Below, in pieces: positions 45,426 through 55,054 of a DNA stretch of 64,000 nucleotides. The notes beneath the pieces were generated by a model. The model saw only the letters and a list, made by a program, of their open reading frames with translations. It searched no databases and was not told the DNA's origin. The translations under genes were made by a program, and so were the position numbers. The DNA lies in assembly GCA_963704885.1 (NCBI GenBank), contig CAVPIB010000004.1:224001-288000 (forward strand), written 5' to 3'. The stretch comes from an uncultured Actinomycetes bacterium. GTDB taxonomy: Bacteria; Actinomycetota; UBA4738; HRBIN12. Position 1 is the first letter of the stretch. Every line of letters begins with the position of its first letter.

Positions 45426-46795
45426 GACACCGGCTCCGCCGTCGCACCCAGCCCTCGGACGACAGCCAGGAACCCTGGGAACGACACATCGGCGGCCTCC
45501 ATGCCCGACACCTCGCACGGTGCGTCTGCGCGAAGGGCCGCCACCGCGAACGCCATGGCCAGGCGATGATCCCCTAGGGGATCCGCGACCCCACCTCGCA
45601 ATCCTATCCCGGAGACGACCAGGTCCTGGTTCTCGACCCCCGCGTGGCCACCCAATGCCACGATCCCACGAGCGATGCCGGCCAGCCGGTCACTCTCCTT
45701 GACGCGGAGCTCCCCCACCTCCGCGAACCAGGTCTCCCCTCGGCAGTGGGCTGCAAGTAGCGCGAGGACGGGGACCTCATCGATGATCAGGGGTAGTTCG
45801 TCGGCGCCGACCTCGGTGCCTACCAGCTCGGCGTTTGGGCCGACCCATAACTCGCCGATCGGCTCACCCAGCTCATGCCGCTCCACGGTGATCCGGGTTC
45901 TGACCCCCATCCGAGATAGGACCTGTAGGTAGTGCAGGCGACTCGGGTTGAGGCCGACCCCCGCGATCGAGAGCTCGGCGCCGGATAGAGCGGCAGCGGC
46001 CACCAGGAAGGCGGCCGATGAGGGATCCCCCGGCAGTGTGGCCGCGAAGGCCTCGTGTTCAGATCCCCCTCGAACGGAGATGGTGGAGCCCTCGACGCTC
46101 ACAGGAAGGCCCAGGGCAGCGAACGCACGCTCCGTGTGATCGCGGGTGGGGGCGGGCTCGGTCACGGCGGTCGTGTCCTCGGCGCCCAAACCTGCGAACA
46201 GGATGGCGCCCTTCACCTGGGCCGAAGGAAGTGCAAGCACGCTCGCGACGCCATGAAGATGCCGGCCTTCGACCGTGATCGGTGCGTGTCCGTCGGTGGT
46301 GCGAACGACCGCACCCATCTCTCGAAGCGGTACGGCGACGCGTTCCATCGGGCGGGCGGAGAGGCTCCGGTCACCGGTCAGTGTCGACCTGAACGGCGCC
46401 GTCGCGAGCGCTCCCACCATCAACCGCATCGCAGTGCCGGAATTGCCGCAGTCAAGATCGGTGGGAGGCTCGACCAAGCCGGACCACCCCTCACCCTCGA
46501 CCTCAAGGACCTGCTCGGAGGGATCGGGGTCGTAGGGGTTCCACGTGGAACCGTGACCCTCGGCGGCTCCCCCAACGTTCCCGGCCCAAGCCTCGAGTGC
46601 ACGTCTAGCCCGGCCCGACACCTTCGCCAGACATGCGGCGGTCGACCGAACGTCGAGCGACGGTGGAAGGCCCACTAGACGGCTGGTGCCGCGAGCCGTG
46701 GCGGCCAGGATCAACCAGCGGTGCGCGATGGACTTGTCCCCGGGCACGCGCACGTTCCTCGATGTGATGGGTCCCGGCGTGACGCGAACGCGCAT
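45422..46795 (-). CDS. aroA: EPSP synthase with a ~25-aa insertion
   Basis: PGDKSIAHR, GNSGTAMRL, RPM, SAQVK, RDHTE, ELRVKESDR, DHRLAM. Confidence 0.95.
   Translation of the reverse strand: MRVRVTPGPITSRNVRVPGDKSIAHRWLILAATARGTSRLVGLPPSLDVRSTAACLAKVSGRARRALEAWAGNVGGAAEGHGSTWNPYDPDPSEQVLEVEGEGWSGLVEPPTDLDCGNSGTAMRLMVGALATAPFRSTLTGDRSLSARPMERVAVPLREMGAVVRTTDGHAPITVEGRHLHGVASVLALPSAQVKGAILFAGLGAEDTTAVTEPAPTRDHTERAFAALGLPVSVEGSTISVRGGSEHEAFAATLPGDPSSAAFLVAAAALSGAELSIAGVGLNPSRLHYLQVLSRMGVRTRITVERHELGEPIGELWVGPNAELVGTEVGADELPLIIDEVPVLALLAAHCRGETWFAEVGELRVKESDRLAGIARGIVALGGHAGVENQDLVVSGIGLRGGVADPLGDHRLAMAFAVAALRADAPCEVSGMEAADVSFPGFLAVVRGLGATAEPVS
46537..46552. promoter_or_regulatory. parS-type perfect palindrome GGTTCCACGTGGAACC
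   Basis: 16-bp perfect palindrome matching the GTT(T/C)CACGTG(A/G)AAC parS consensus. Confidence 0.55.
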
Positions 46796-46805
46796 CGTCA
46801 ACCTC

Positions 46806-47906
46806 TCAAGCCAGGCGGACGGGATCGAAGGACCGCGACGCCAGCACGTGGAGGGCGACATCTGCTGAAAGAGCCGCGACCGTGAGATGCACCGTGCCGC
46901 GCCCGCCCTCGGGCGAGTGCACGATCTGCAGGTCCTCGATGTTCACCTGGCCCTCCGCGAGTGCCGATGTGAGCTCGGCGAGCGCGCCGGGACGGTCCGG
47001 GATCGGGACCTGGAGCACCGCCACCCCCGCCCGGATCTGCGGCTTGGCGGCCAATCTCAGGCGCGCCCGCTTGGCACTGTCGAACGTCTCCTCGATCGAG
47101 TCGGCTTGTCCCTGAAGGACCTGATCGCGGAGGTCCTGCAACCTGGCGGAGAACAGGTCGATCGCCTCGGCGATGGCCTCACGGTTGGCGAGGAGGATCT
47201 GGCTCCAGAGCGCGGGGTTGGACGAGGCCAGTCGGGTGAGGTCGCGGAACCCCCCCGCAGCCAGAAGGAGGATCTCTGGCTCGTCGGCCTCTTCGGTCGC
47301 GGCGAGCGCCATCAGGGCCGTCGAGGCCACCTGGGGCAGGTGGCTCACGAACGCCACCAACCGGTCGTGGCGAGTCGGGGACATCCGAACCGGGCGTCCG
47401 CCGATCCGCTCGATCCAGGCCTCCAGCCCCTCGATAGAGGAGGCGTCCACATCTTCGTCGGGAGTGAGCACCCACACGATGCCGTCGACCACCGAGGGCG
47501 ACGCATGCTCGGGCCCCGATCGTTCGGATCCGCCCATCGGGTGGCCGCCGATGTACCGTTCCGCGGCCGCCTTCCCCTGCGTCCGTCCGACCTCGCGCAC
47601 CAGGTGCCCCTTGATGCTTCCAACGTCGGTGACGATCGCCGTCGGCTCCGCCTGTAGCGCCCTAGTCACGAGCTCCGGCGTGGCCGGGATCGGGGCGCAT
47701 ACGACCACGATGTCGGCGTCGCGCACCGCCTCCGCGAAGGTCGGGGCGATCTGCATGTCGGTACGTTCGGCCGCACGGGCCGCGGTCTGGACGTCGGCAT
47801 CCCAGCCGCTCACCCTGCACCCCACGCGCGCCGAGGCCATGGCGATCGACGTCCCCATCAGGCCGGTGCCGATGACGGCGATCCGCTCAGCGGGGGTCGA
47901 GGTCAT
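46806..47906 (-). CDS. tyrA: Prephenate dehydrogenase with C-terminal ACT domain
   Basis: GTGLMG, DVGSIK, GGHPMGG, SHLP, RDLTRLA, DRPG. Confidence 0.93.
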   Translation of the reverse strand: MTSTPAERIAVIGTGLMGTSIAMASARVGCRVSGWDADVQTAARAAERTDMQIAPTFAEAVRDADIVVVCAPIPATPELVTRALQAEPTAIVTDVGSIKGHLVREVGRTQGKAAAERYIGGHPMGGSERSGPEHASPSVVDGIVWVLTPDEDVDASSIEGLEAWIERIGGRPVRMSPTRHDRLVAFVSHLPQVASTALMALAATEEADEPEILLLAAGGFRDLTRLASSNPALWSQILLANREAIAEAIDLFSARLQDLRDQVLQGQADSIEETFDSAKRARLRLAAKPQIRAGVAVLQVPIPDRPGALAELTSALAEGQVNIEDLQIVHSPEGGRGTVHLTVAALSADVALHVLASRSFDPVRLA

Positions 47907-48252
47907 CGCGCAGCGACTCCGCGCCGTCGAGGTAGACGTGGACTATGTCGTCGAGGGCGCGCTCTGAGTGGAAGTGGGCCAAGACGCGCACGACCGAGGG
48001 CATCGAACCCTCGACCGGGATCTCCCGGGCACACATGAGCGGGACGAGACCCAGACCCATCCCGCGGGCAGCCTCGGCCGGGAACCCCGAGCGAAGATCG
48101 TCCGTGACCGTGAACAGGATGCTGATCAGTTCAGCGTGATCCACGTCGTTGCGCTCGAGCAATGCCTGCAGGAGCCGTCCCGTGGCGGCGAGCAGCGTAT
48201 CTGCGTCGTCTCGAGCGACGACGATGGCCCCGCGGGCCGCGCGAACACGCAT
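47887..48252 (-). CDS. aroH: Chorismate mutase, AroH type
   Basis: VRAARGA, FTVTDDL...FPA, CAREI, HVYLDGAESLRDD. Confidence 0.9.
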   Translation of the reverse strand: MRVRAARGAIVVARDDADTLLAATGRLLQALLERNDVDHAELISILFTVTDDLRSGFPAEAARGMGLGLVPLMCAREIPVEGSMPSVVRVLAHFHSERALDDIVHVYLDGAESLRDDLDPR

Positions 48253-48294
48253 CTGGGCGTCCCTCCCCAAGGCGGTCGCCTCGGAGCGACAAGG

Positions 48295-49017
48295 CTACAT
48301 GCCGGCGGCGCGCCAGAGCCCGCGGACCTCCTCGAGCGTGAGCTCTCGGATCGCCCCCGGCGCTAGCCGTCCCAGCCGCACCGGTCCTATCCTCAGTCGC
48401 ACGAGCCGCGTGACCGGGAGGTCGACCGCAGCCAGAAGCCGCCGGACCTCGCGCTTGCGGCCTTCGGTCATGACGAGACGGACGGCACCGCGCCCGCCAC
48501 TCGCGGCCACGATCCTCGCCGACTTGGGGGTGGCCGGCCCGTCATCAAGCTCAACGCCACGCCTCAGTCGTGCGATCTGGCGCTCGGAGGGCGTACCGTC
48601 GACCTCGGCCAGGTACTCCTTCTCGATCGCGTAGCGTGGGTGCAGGAGTCGATTGCCCAGCTCTCCGTCGTTGGTCAGCAGGAGCAGCCCTTCCGAGTCG
48701 CGGTCGAGCCTCCCGACCGGAAACACACGAGGTCCGTCCGTGGGCAAGAGGCCCCGCATGTCGGGACGACCTTGAGGATCGCGCATGGTCGTGACGACCC
48801 CAGTGGGTTTGTGGAGCGCGTAGTACCTCACGTTCGGGTCGAGGTTCACGGTCACTCCGTCAACGGCGACCAGATCCGTCTCGGCCTCGACGCGATCCCC
48901 GAGCGTTGCGACCGTCCCGTTCACGCTGACCCGGCCCTGCGCGATCAGCTCCTCACAGGCCCGGCGGGAGCCGAAGCCGGCACGCGCCAGTGCGCGCTGC
49001 ACGCGCTCTTCGGGCAT
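48295..49017 (-). CDS. rluB: rRNA pseudouridine synthase (RluB/RsuA family)
   Basis: S4 domain; PVGRLDRDSEGLLLLTNDG; EGRKREVRR. Confidence 0.9.
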   Translation of the reverse strand: MPEERVQRALARAGFGSRRACEELIAQGRVSVNGTVATLGDRVEAETDLVAVDGVTVNLDPNVRYYALHKPTGVVTTMRDPQGRPDMRGLLPTDGPRVFPVGRLDRDSEGLLLLTNDGELGNRLLHPRYAIEKEYLAEVDGTPSERQIARLRRGVELDDGPATPKSARIVAASGGRGAVRLVMTEGRKREVRRLLAAVDLPVTRLVRLRIGPVRLGRLAPGAIRELTLEEVRGLWRAAGM

Positions 49018-49021
49018 GGAC

Positions 49022-49669
49022 TCAGGCCGGTTCGTCGCCGCTGGGAGCGGAGACGTCGCCGACCTCGCCGCCGCCTTCGTCGTCCTCGGGCACATCCGAT
49101 GGGGCCGCGATCCCCTCGACCGCGGATGATGCGTCGTCCAGGTCGGCTCCAAGCAGGGGTGCCAGCGACGGCAGCGACGCCAGCGACGGCAGCCCGAGCC
49201 GCTCCAGGAAGCCTGGCGTGGTGCCGAACAGGACGGGGCGGCCCGGCGTCTCCTCTCGGCCCGCCTCCTCGACCAGCCCTCGATCCACCAGCGCTCGCAG
49301 GACGCCGTCGGAGTTCACGCCACGGATCGCAGATACCTGGTGCCGAGTGACCGGTTGCTTGTACGCGACGATCCCGAGCGTCTCCAGCGCCGCCTTCGTG
49401 AGACGAGCCTGGCGCGACGACAAGACGAACTGCTCCACCACCGGAGCCGTATCAGGGTGGGTGAACAGGCGCCAACCACCCGCGACGTTGCGCAGGACCA
49501 AGCCGGACCCTCGCTCCTCCAGGTCCCGGGCCAACTGATCACACAGACCCTCGGCCGTGCGGCGGTCTACCTCGAGCGCCTGCGCCAGCACCGACGCGGT
49601 GAGGGGCTCGTCCGAGACGAAGAACAGAGCCTCTATGGCTCTGGTGTCCAAGGCCGCCACATCGCTCAT
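49022..49669 (-). CDS. scpB: SMC-ScpAB subunit ScpB
   Basis: IEALFF, ALETLGIVAYKQPVTR, IRGV, GRP..FGTT. Confidence 0.95.
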   Translation of the reverse strand: MSDVAALDTRAIEALFFVSDEPLTASVLAQALEVDRRTAEGLCDQLARDLEERGSGLVLRNVAGGWRLFTHPDTAPVVEQFVLSSRQARLTKAALETLGIVAYKQPVTRHQVSAIRGVNSDGVLRALVDRGLVEEAGREETPGRPVLFGTTPGFLERLGLPSLASLPSLAPLLGADLDDASSAVEGIAAPSDVPEDDEGGGEVGDVSAPSGDEPA

Positions 49670-49670
49670 C

Positions 49671-50420
49671 TCAGGACTTCCACTCGACCTCGATCTCCCC
49701 GAACGTCGGCCCCTGCTGGAGCTCGACCTTCCCTTCACGGTACAGCTCGAGTATGGCGAGGAAGCGCACCACGACGTGGATACGATCGGGGCAGTCGGCC
49801 ACGAGATCCCGGAAAGACGCGGGTCGCCCGAACCCCACCATGCGCTCCTGCACCGCGCTCATGGCGTCCTCGACCGAGTACCGGATCGGCGTCACGTGGG
49901 AGAGATCGAGGGTGGGCGGAGGACGGAGCAGTTGGGCGGCCACGCGTGCGAGGTCGACGGGTACCGTGCCCACCAGTGGGTCCGGGTACAGGTGCGAGTA
50001 CTCGGGCCCCGGTCCAACGTCGCGCGCGAAGTAGCCGGCCTCGTCCTCCAGACGTCGGGCCAACTCCACCGCCACCCGGCGGAACGCCGCTAGCTCCAGG
50101 CTCCTCGCGTATGCGAGGTCGGGAGAACCGCCAAGCAGATCGTCCTCGTCGGGCTCGCGGTGCCGGGGCATCAGCCTGCCGACCTTCAGCTCCAGAAGCA
50201 TCGCGCAGATCGCTAAGAACCAGGTCGCCTCCTCCAGGTTCCAGCCCTCCGCCTCCTTCGCGTGGGCGAGGTAGCTGTCGGTCACGGTCGCGACGGGTAC
50301 GTCGCACACATCGACCTTCTGCTCCAAGATGAGCTCCGCCAGCAACCGGAAAGGTCCAGTGAAGATGGGCAGTTCCACCGCGAAGCTTCCGGTCGGCGGA
50401 GCGTCCGTGTCCTTGCTCAT
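49671..50420 (-). CDS. scpA: SMC-ScpAB kleisin ScpA
   Basis: FTGPF.LL..LI, LLELK, FLAILELYR, Q..TFGEI. Confidence 0.93.
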   Translation of the reverse strand: MSKDTDAPPTGSFAVELPIFTGPFRLLAELILEQKVDVCDVPVATVTDSYLAHAKEAEGWNLEEATWFLAICAMLLELKVGRLMPRHREPDEDDLLGGSPDLAYARSLELAAFRRVAVELARRLEDEAGYFARDVGPGPEYSHLYPDPLVGTVPVDLARVAAQLLRPPPTLDLSHVTPIRYSVEDAMSAVQERMVGFGRPASFRDLVADCPDRIHVVVRFLAILELYREGKVELQQGPTFGEIEVEWKS

Positions 50421-51388
50421 GTGAGATGCATACCGGCGCGAACGGCCGCCATGGTGTCGGAGACGACAGGACGGACGCGTTCCACGCCCCCGGCAAGCGC
50501 CTGCTCTACGAGCTCGGGGGCAGAAGCCATCTCTGCGCGCCGCTCGCGGAACGGTCGGAGCTCCTCGACGATCCGGTCAGCCAGGTTGGTCTTGCAATCG
50601 ACACAGCCGAGCTCGCCGGTGCGGCAATGCTCGTCCGTCCACTCCAAGATGTCCTGAGAGAACTTACGGTGCAACGCGAATACCGGGCAGATCTCCGGAC
50701 GACCCGGATCGCCTTTACGGAGCTTCTGCGGGTCGGTGATGAAGGAACGGACCTTGGCGCGGATCGCGTCGGGCTCATCCATGAGGTCGATCGTGTTGTC
50801 CAGCGACTTGGACATCTTGCGTCCGTCTGAGCCGGCGATCAGCGGCGTCTCTGACAGGAGCGGTTGAGGCTCTACCAAGACATCGCCGTACAACCGGTTG
50901 AAGCGCCGCACGATCTCCCGCGAGATCTCCAGGTGCGACACCTGATCCTCCCCCACGGGCACCAGCTCGCCTCGCACGATCGTGATGTCCACCGTCTGCA
51001 GCACCGGGTACCCCAGCAGGCCGAGGTTCGCGATGTCGCGCTCCGCCATGTCGCGCAAACGCTCCTTGAACGTCGGGACGCGCTCCAGCCAGCCGAGCGG
51101 CGTGATCATACCGAGGAGGAGCGCCATCTCCGCCACTTCCGGTAGGTCGGACTGCCGGTAGATCACCGATCGCTCCGGGTCGATCCCGGCAGCCAGAAGG
51201 TCGAGGACCAACGCCTCGACGGCCGAAGGGAGGGTGTCGGTCCGATCATAGTGCGTCGTCAGCATGTGCCAGTCGGCGACGAAGTAGAAGCACTCGTAGC
51301 CCTCGCTCTGCAGACGAACCGCGTTCCCGACGTTGCCCGCCCAATGGCCGACATGCAGAGGCCCGGTCGGTCGGAACCCTGTCAGCAC
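50417..51388 (-). CDS. trpS: Tryptophanyl-tRNA synthetase (start uncertain, possibly 51430)
   Basis: GFRPTG.LHVGH, ADWH, YPVLQ, VPVGEDQ, KMSKS. Confidence 0.95.
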   Translation of the reverse strand: MLTGFRPTGPLHVGHWAGNVGNAVRLQSEGYECFYFVADWHMLTTHYDRTDTLPSAVEALVLDLLAAGIDPERSVIYRQSDLPEVAEMALLLGMITPLGWLERVPTFKERLRDMAERDIANLGLLGYPVLQTVDITIVRGELVPVGEDQVSHLEISREIVRRFNRLYGDVLVEPQPLLSETPLIAGSDGRKMSKSLDNTIDLMDEPDAIRAKVRSFITDPQKLRKGDPGRPEICPVFALHRKFSQDILEWTDEHCRTGELGCVDCKTNLADRIVEELRPFRERRAEMASAPELVEQALAGGVERVRPVVSDTMAAVRAGMHLT

Positions 51389-51473
51389 ACGTGGGCTGCG
51401 GGCGGATGAGGTGGGGGTGGATCGGTCGATGTGGGCAAGGATAGCGCGGCCTCGCGGTCGGACCGTGGAGGCG

Positions 51474-52124
51474 CTAGACGCTGATGCAACCCGAGCCCGC
51501 GAGGAGCCGGCAGAGCGAGTTCACGAGGGAGTACACGATCGACGTGAGCGGTCCGGCGAAGAGGAAGAGCAGGACCAGCGCGAACAGGGCGAGGTACTGA
51601 TCCGCGTTGCGGTACATCTCTCGTGCTTTCGGAGGAAGCGCCAGCGCCACCAGGCGCGCGCCGTCGAGCCCCGGGAGCGGGAGCAGGTGGAACACAGCCA
51701 CGCAGAGGTTCGCGAAGAGAAGCGCCCGCAGCATTAGGCCGACCTCACCCCCGAGTCCCGCGCGGACGAGCATGGCGACGGCGGCGGCGACCACGACGTT
51801 CGCCGCCGAGCCGGCGAACGCGGTGATCACCGTGTCGCGCGTCCGGTTACGGAAGTAGTTCGGATCGATCGGGGCGGGTTTCGCGTACGCCACGGGGGGA
51901 GGCAGGAACGACGATGCCGTCGCCCAGAGCAGGAGGATGAGCCCCGGGAGGACGCCGCTGCCGAACGGCTCGAACCATACCTTCGGGTTGAGGGACAGCC
52001 GGCCCCACAACCGGGGCGTGGGATCACCCAGACGCGATGCCGTGGAGGCTCGAGCGTACTCCCGCGCATCCATCGCGACGAGCAGAGAGACCGCGAGGTA
52101 GCCCGCGAAGCGAAGGGCCGTCAT
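51474..52124 (-). CDS. M50 site-2-protease-like membrane protein with degenerate active site
   Basis: LGDPTP...GRLSLNP, AKP.PI.P, AFAG, LLPLPGLDG; HExxH replaced by REYAR. Confidence 0.8.
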   Translation of the reverse strand: MTALRFAGYLAVSLLVAMDAREYARASTASRLGDPTPRLWGRLSLNPKVWFEPFGSGVLPGLILLLWATASSFLPPPVAYAKPAPIDPNYFRNRTRDTVITAFAGSAANVVVAAAVAMLVRAGLGGEVGLMLRALLFANLCVAVFHLLPLPGLDGARLVALALPPKAREMYRNADQYLALFALVLLFLFAGPLTSIVYSLVNSLCRLLAGSGCISV

Positions 52125-53449
52125 GAAGCGTCGCCCACGCTCAGCCAACGATGGATCAAGTCGGGCGGTTGCACGGGGCCGTCCACGAAGCCGAGAGCCG
52201 CCAGACTGTGGCGGATCGCCCCCTCCGCATCGTCCGGCGTCCGCGCGTGAACCTCACCCAGGTGCTCGCCCGCCGTGACCAGGTCACCGATCTTGGGGCG
52301 CAACACGATACCGACGGCCGGATCGATCGGGTCGCCCTTACGCATGCGGCCGGCGCCGAGCGCGCCGCTGGCCAGCCCGATCGCCTCGGCGTCCACGGCA
52401 GCGAGAGTACCCGCTCGATCGGCAACGATGGGCACCACGATCGGCGCGCGCGGCAGGAGTCCGACAGGGTCGTCGACCACATGCGGGTCCCCACCCTGGG
52501 CTTCGACCATCCGGCGGAAGCGCTCCAGCGCCTCGCCCCCGTCGAGAGCGCGCTCGGCGCGTTCGATGGCCTCGACGTGCTCCACGGCCTCAGTCGCCTC
52601 CAGGGCTCGGGCCGCGAACCACACCGCGAGCTCGCGGAGGCGCCCGCGGAACTCCCCGCGGAGCAGCGCCACGGCCTCCACGACGTCGAGGGCGTTGCCC
52701 ACGGCATCACCGAGAGGCTGCGACATATCCGTTACCGCCGCCCCGGCCCGTCTCCCCCATCCTAGAGCCAGCGACAGGCACACCTCGGCCAACGCCCGCG
52801 CGTCCTCAGGCGACTTCATGAACGCCCCCGAGCCCGCCTTCACGTCCAGCAGGATCAGATCCGTCTGGACCACCAACTTCTTCGACATCACGCTCGCCGC
52901 TATCAACGGGATCGAGGGCACGGTGGCGGTGGCGTCGCGCAGGGCGTAGAGCGCCCCGTCAGCTGGAACCAGGTTCGGTGACTGAGCTGCGACCGCGCAT
53001 CCGACCTCGGCGACCTGGCGGGCCATCGCCTCAGGGTCCAGGTCTGTCCGCAGGCCCGGGATCGACTCGAGCTTGTCGAGCGTTCCTCCGGTGTACGCCA
53101 GACCGCGGCCCGATAGCTTCGCGACCGCCAGGCCGAGCGCCGCGGCCAGCGGTGCGAACACCAACGTGACGCCGTCAGCGACCCCTCCCGTGGAATGCTT
53201 GTCCACAGCGGGTCTCCCGAGCTCTCCGAACGAAACCCGATCTCCCGAGTCGACCATGGTGCGTGTGAGCGCCAGGGTCTCGGCATCGTCCATGCCCCGC
53301 AACAGGCATGCCATCAAGAAGGCCGCCGCGAGGGCGTCCGTGACTTCCCCCCGCGTATAGGCTCCGACGAACTCCTCGATCTCTTGGGGATCAAGCGTCT
53401 CGCCGTCGCGCTTGCGGGCGACGACGAGACGGGGGTCATCGAGTGTCAC
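52121..53449 (-). CDS. pdp: Pyrimidine-nucleoside/thymidine phosphorylase
   Basis: DKHSTGGV, SGRGL..TGGTLDKLESIPG, LYALRD. Confidence 0.93.
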   Translation of the reverse strand: MTLDDPRLVVARKRDGETLDPQEIEEFVGAYTRGEVTDALAAAFLMACLLRGMDDAETLALTRTMVDSGDRVSFGELGRPAVDKHSTGGVADGVTLVFAPLAAALGLAVAKLSGRGLAYTGGTLDKLESIPGLRTDLDPEAMARQVAEVGCAVAAQSPNLVPADGALYALRDATATVPSIPLIAASVMSKKLVVQTDLILLDVKAGSGAFMKSPEDARALAEVCLSLALGWGRRAGAAVTDMSQPLGDAVGNALDVVEAVALLRGEFRGRLRELAVWFAARALEATEAVEHVEAIERAERALDGGEALERFRRMVEAQGGDPHVVDDPVGLLPRAPIVVPIVADRAGTLAAVDAEAIGLASGALGAGRMRKGDPIDPAVGIVLRPKIGDLVTAGEHLGEVHARTPDDAEGAIRHSLAALGFVDGPVQPPDLIHRWLSVGDAS

Positions 53450-53512
53450 GCGAGACCTCCCGTCCGCATGGAGACCAGATGGAGATCATCCTCCGACGAA
53501 GGCTAGACCGCT

Positions 53513-54697
53513 TCATACATCGAACCCGATAAGGTCGGTGAAGCTCGAACCCTCCAGACCTTGTACGTCTACACCCAACAGCGCCGCGATCGTATGGCCC
53601 AGGTCGCCGAACGATCCCCTGGTGCCGATCTCGTACGGTCCCCCATCGAGACCGGCCGCGAGGAGTGGGGTGCGCTCGCGAGAGTGATCGGTAGGCGGAG
53701 TGGTGGGATCACATCCGTGGTCGCCGGTGATGAACATGATCCCGCCGTCGAGAGCGTCCACCAGCTCCGGAAGGCGAGCGTCGAAGGCCTCCGCCGCCAC
53801 CGCATATCCCCGCGGATCGTTGCGGTGCCCGTACTTCGAGTCGAAGTCGACCAGGTTCGTGAACACGAACGTATGCCCTGGACGCCGGAGATACTCGAGC
53901 GTCAGATCCACGCCGTGGTCGTTGGAGTCCGAGTACCTACCCTCGGTGATCCCCTGGCCGCAGAAGATGTCGCGGATCTTGCCGACGCCCAAGACCGTCA
54001 CGCCCGCCTCTTCCAGGTGGTCCAGGATGGTTCGGGACGGAGGCGGAAGCGAGAAGTCCCTGCGCTCGGGGCTCCGCACGAAGCGACCGGGCTCTCCGTC
54101 GAACGGCCTTGCGATCACCCGCCCGACAGAGTGTTCGCCCGTGAGCAACCGGCGCGCCACGCGACACCACTCGTACAGCATGGAGAGAGGAACGATCCCC
54201 TTGTGGCACGCGACCTGGAAGACGGAGTCGCCGCTGGTGTAGACGATAGGCTGCCCCGTCCGCAGATGCTCCTCTCCGAGCTCCTCGATGATCTGCGTAC
54301 CCGACGCCCGCACGTTGCCCAAGATCTCTCGCCCTACGGTCTCCTCGAACTGGTGGACTATCTCGGGCGGGAACCCGTCCGGATAGAGCGGGAACGGATG
54401 ATCCAGCCTGACGCCCATCATCTCCCAGTGCCCCGTGGTGGTGTCCTTGCCGGCCGAGCGCTCGGTCGCTCTTCCGTAGGCGCTCCCAACCTGCGCGCGG
54501 GGCGCGACCCCTTCGATCGCCGTCAGGTGGCCCAGCCCCAGCGCTTCGAGGTTGGGCAGCCGCAGTCCCCCCACGGCGCGGGAGGTGTTCCCCAGGGTGT
54601 CGGAGCCGTCGTCGCCGTAGGCTGAAGCGTCGGGAGCATCGCCCACTCCCCACGAGTCGCAGATGACCAGCAGGACACGGGGAACGCGAACCTGCAT
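53513..54697 (-). CDS. deoB: Phosphopentomutase
   Basis: DSWGVG, GKDTTTGHWE, VYTSGDSVFQ, RVIARPF, DHGCDPT. Confidence 0.95.
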   Translation of the reverse strand: MQVRVPRVLLVICDSWGVGDAPDASAYGDDGSDTLGNTSRAVGGLRLPNLEALGLGHLTAIEGVAPRAQVGSAYGRATERSAGKDTTTGHWEMMGVRLDHPFPLYPDGFPPEIVHQFEETVGREILGNVRASGTQIIEELGEEHLRTGQPIVYTSGDSVFQVACHKGIVPLSMLYEWCRVARRLLTGEHSVGRVIARPFDGEPGRFVRSPERRDFSLPPPSRTILDHLEEAGVTVLGVGKIRDIFCGQGITEGRYSDSNDHGVDLTLEYLRRPGHTFVFTNLVDFDSKYGHRNDPRGYAVAAEAFDARLPELVDALDGGIMFITGDHGCDPTTPPTDHSRERTPLLAAGLDGGPYEIGTRGSFGDLGHTIAALLGVDVQGLEGSSFTDLIGFDV

Positions 54698-55053
54698 CAC
54701 GCCGAGACACTCTTGTGCTTGCAGTCGATGCACAGCAGGGCCGCCGGCAGCGTCTCCAGGCGCTCACGCCCGATCGGGTTACCGCACCGCTCGCACGAGC
54801 CGTAGGCTCCGCCGTCGAGCTTCACCAGTGCGCGTTCGACGTCGCGGAGGTTCGAGCGGAGCGCCTCAACCACCGAGATCAAGCGCGATCGCTCCTCGGT
54901 GCTGTGCGAGCGATCCGCGAACCCCGAATCGTCGACGAAGGCGACCTCGTCGGAATCGGGATCGGCTCCCCGTTCTGAGATCTCACTACGCAGCTGATGG
55001 CGCTGCTCTTCGAGCTGGGCCCGCAGGCCCGCGAAGGACGCCGGGTCCGCCAT
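54697..55053 (-). CDS. TraR/DksA C4 zinc-finger protein
   Basis: Coiled coil followed by YGSCERCG.PI...RL...P...LCIDC. Confidence 0.9.
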   Translation of the reverse strand: MADPASFAGLRAQLEEQRHQLRSEISERGADPDSDEVAFVDDSGFADRSHSTEERSRLISVVEALRSNLRDVERALVKLDGGAYGSCERCGNPIGRERLETLPAALLCIDCKHKSVSA

Positions 55054-55054
55054 G

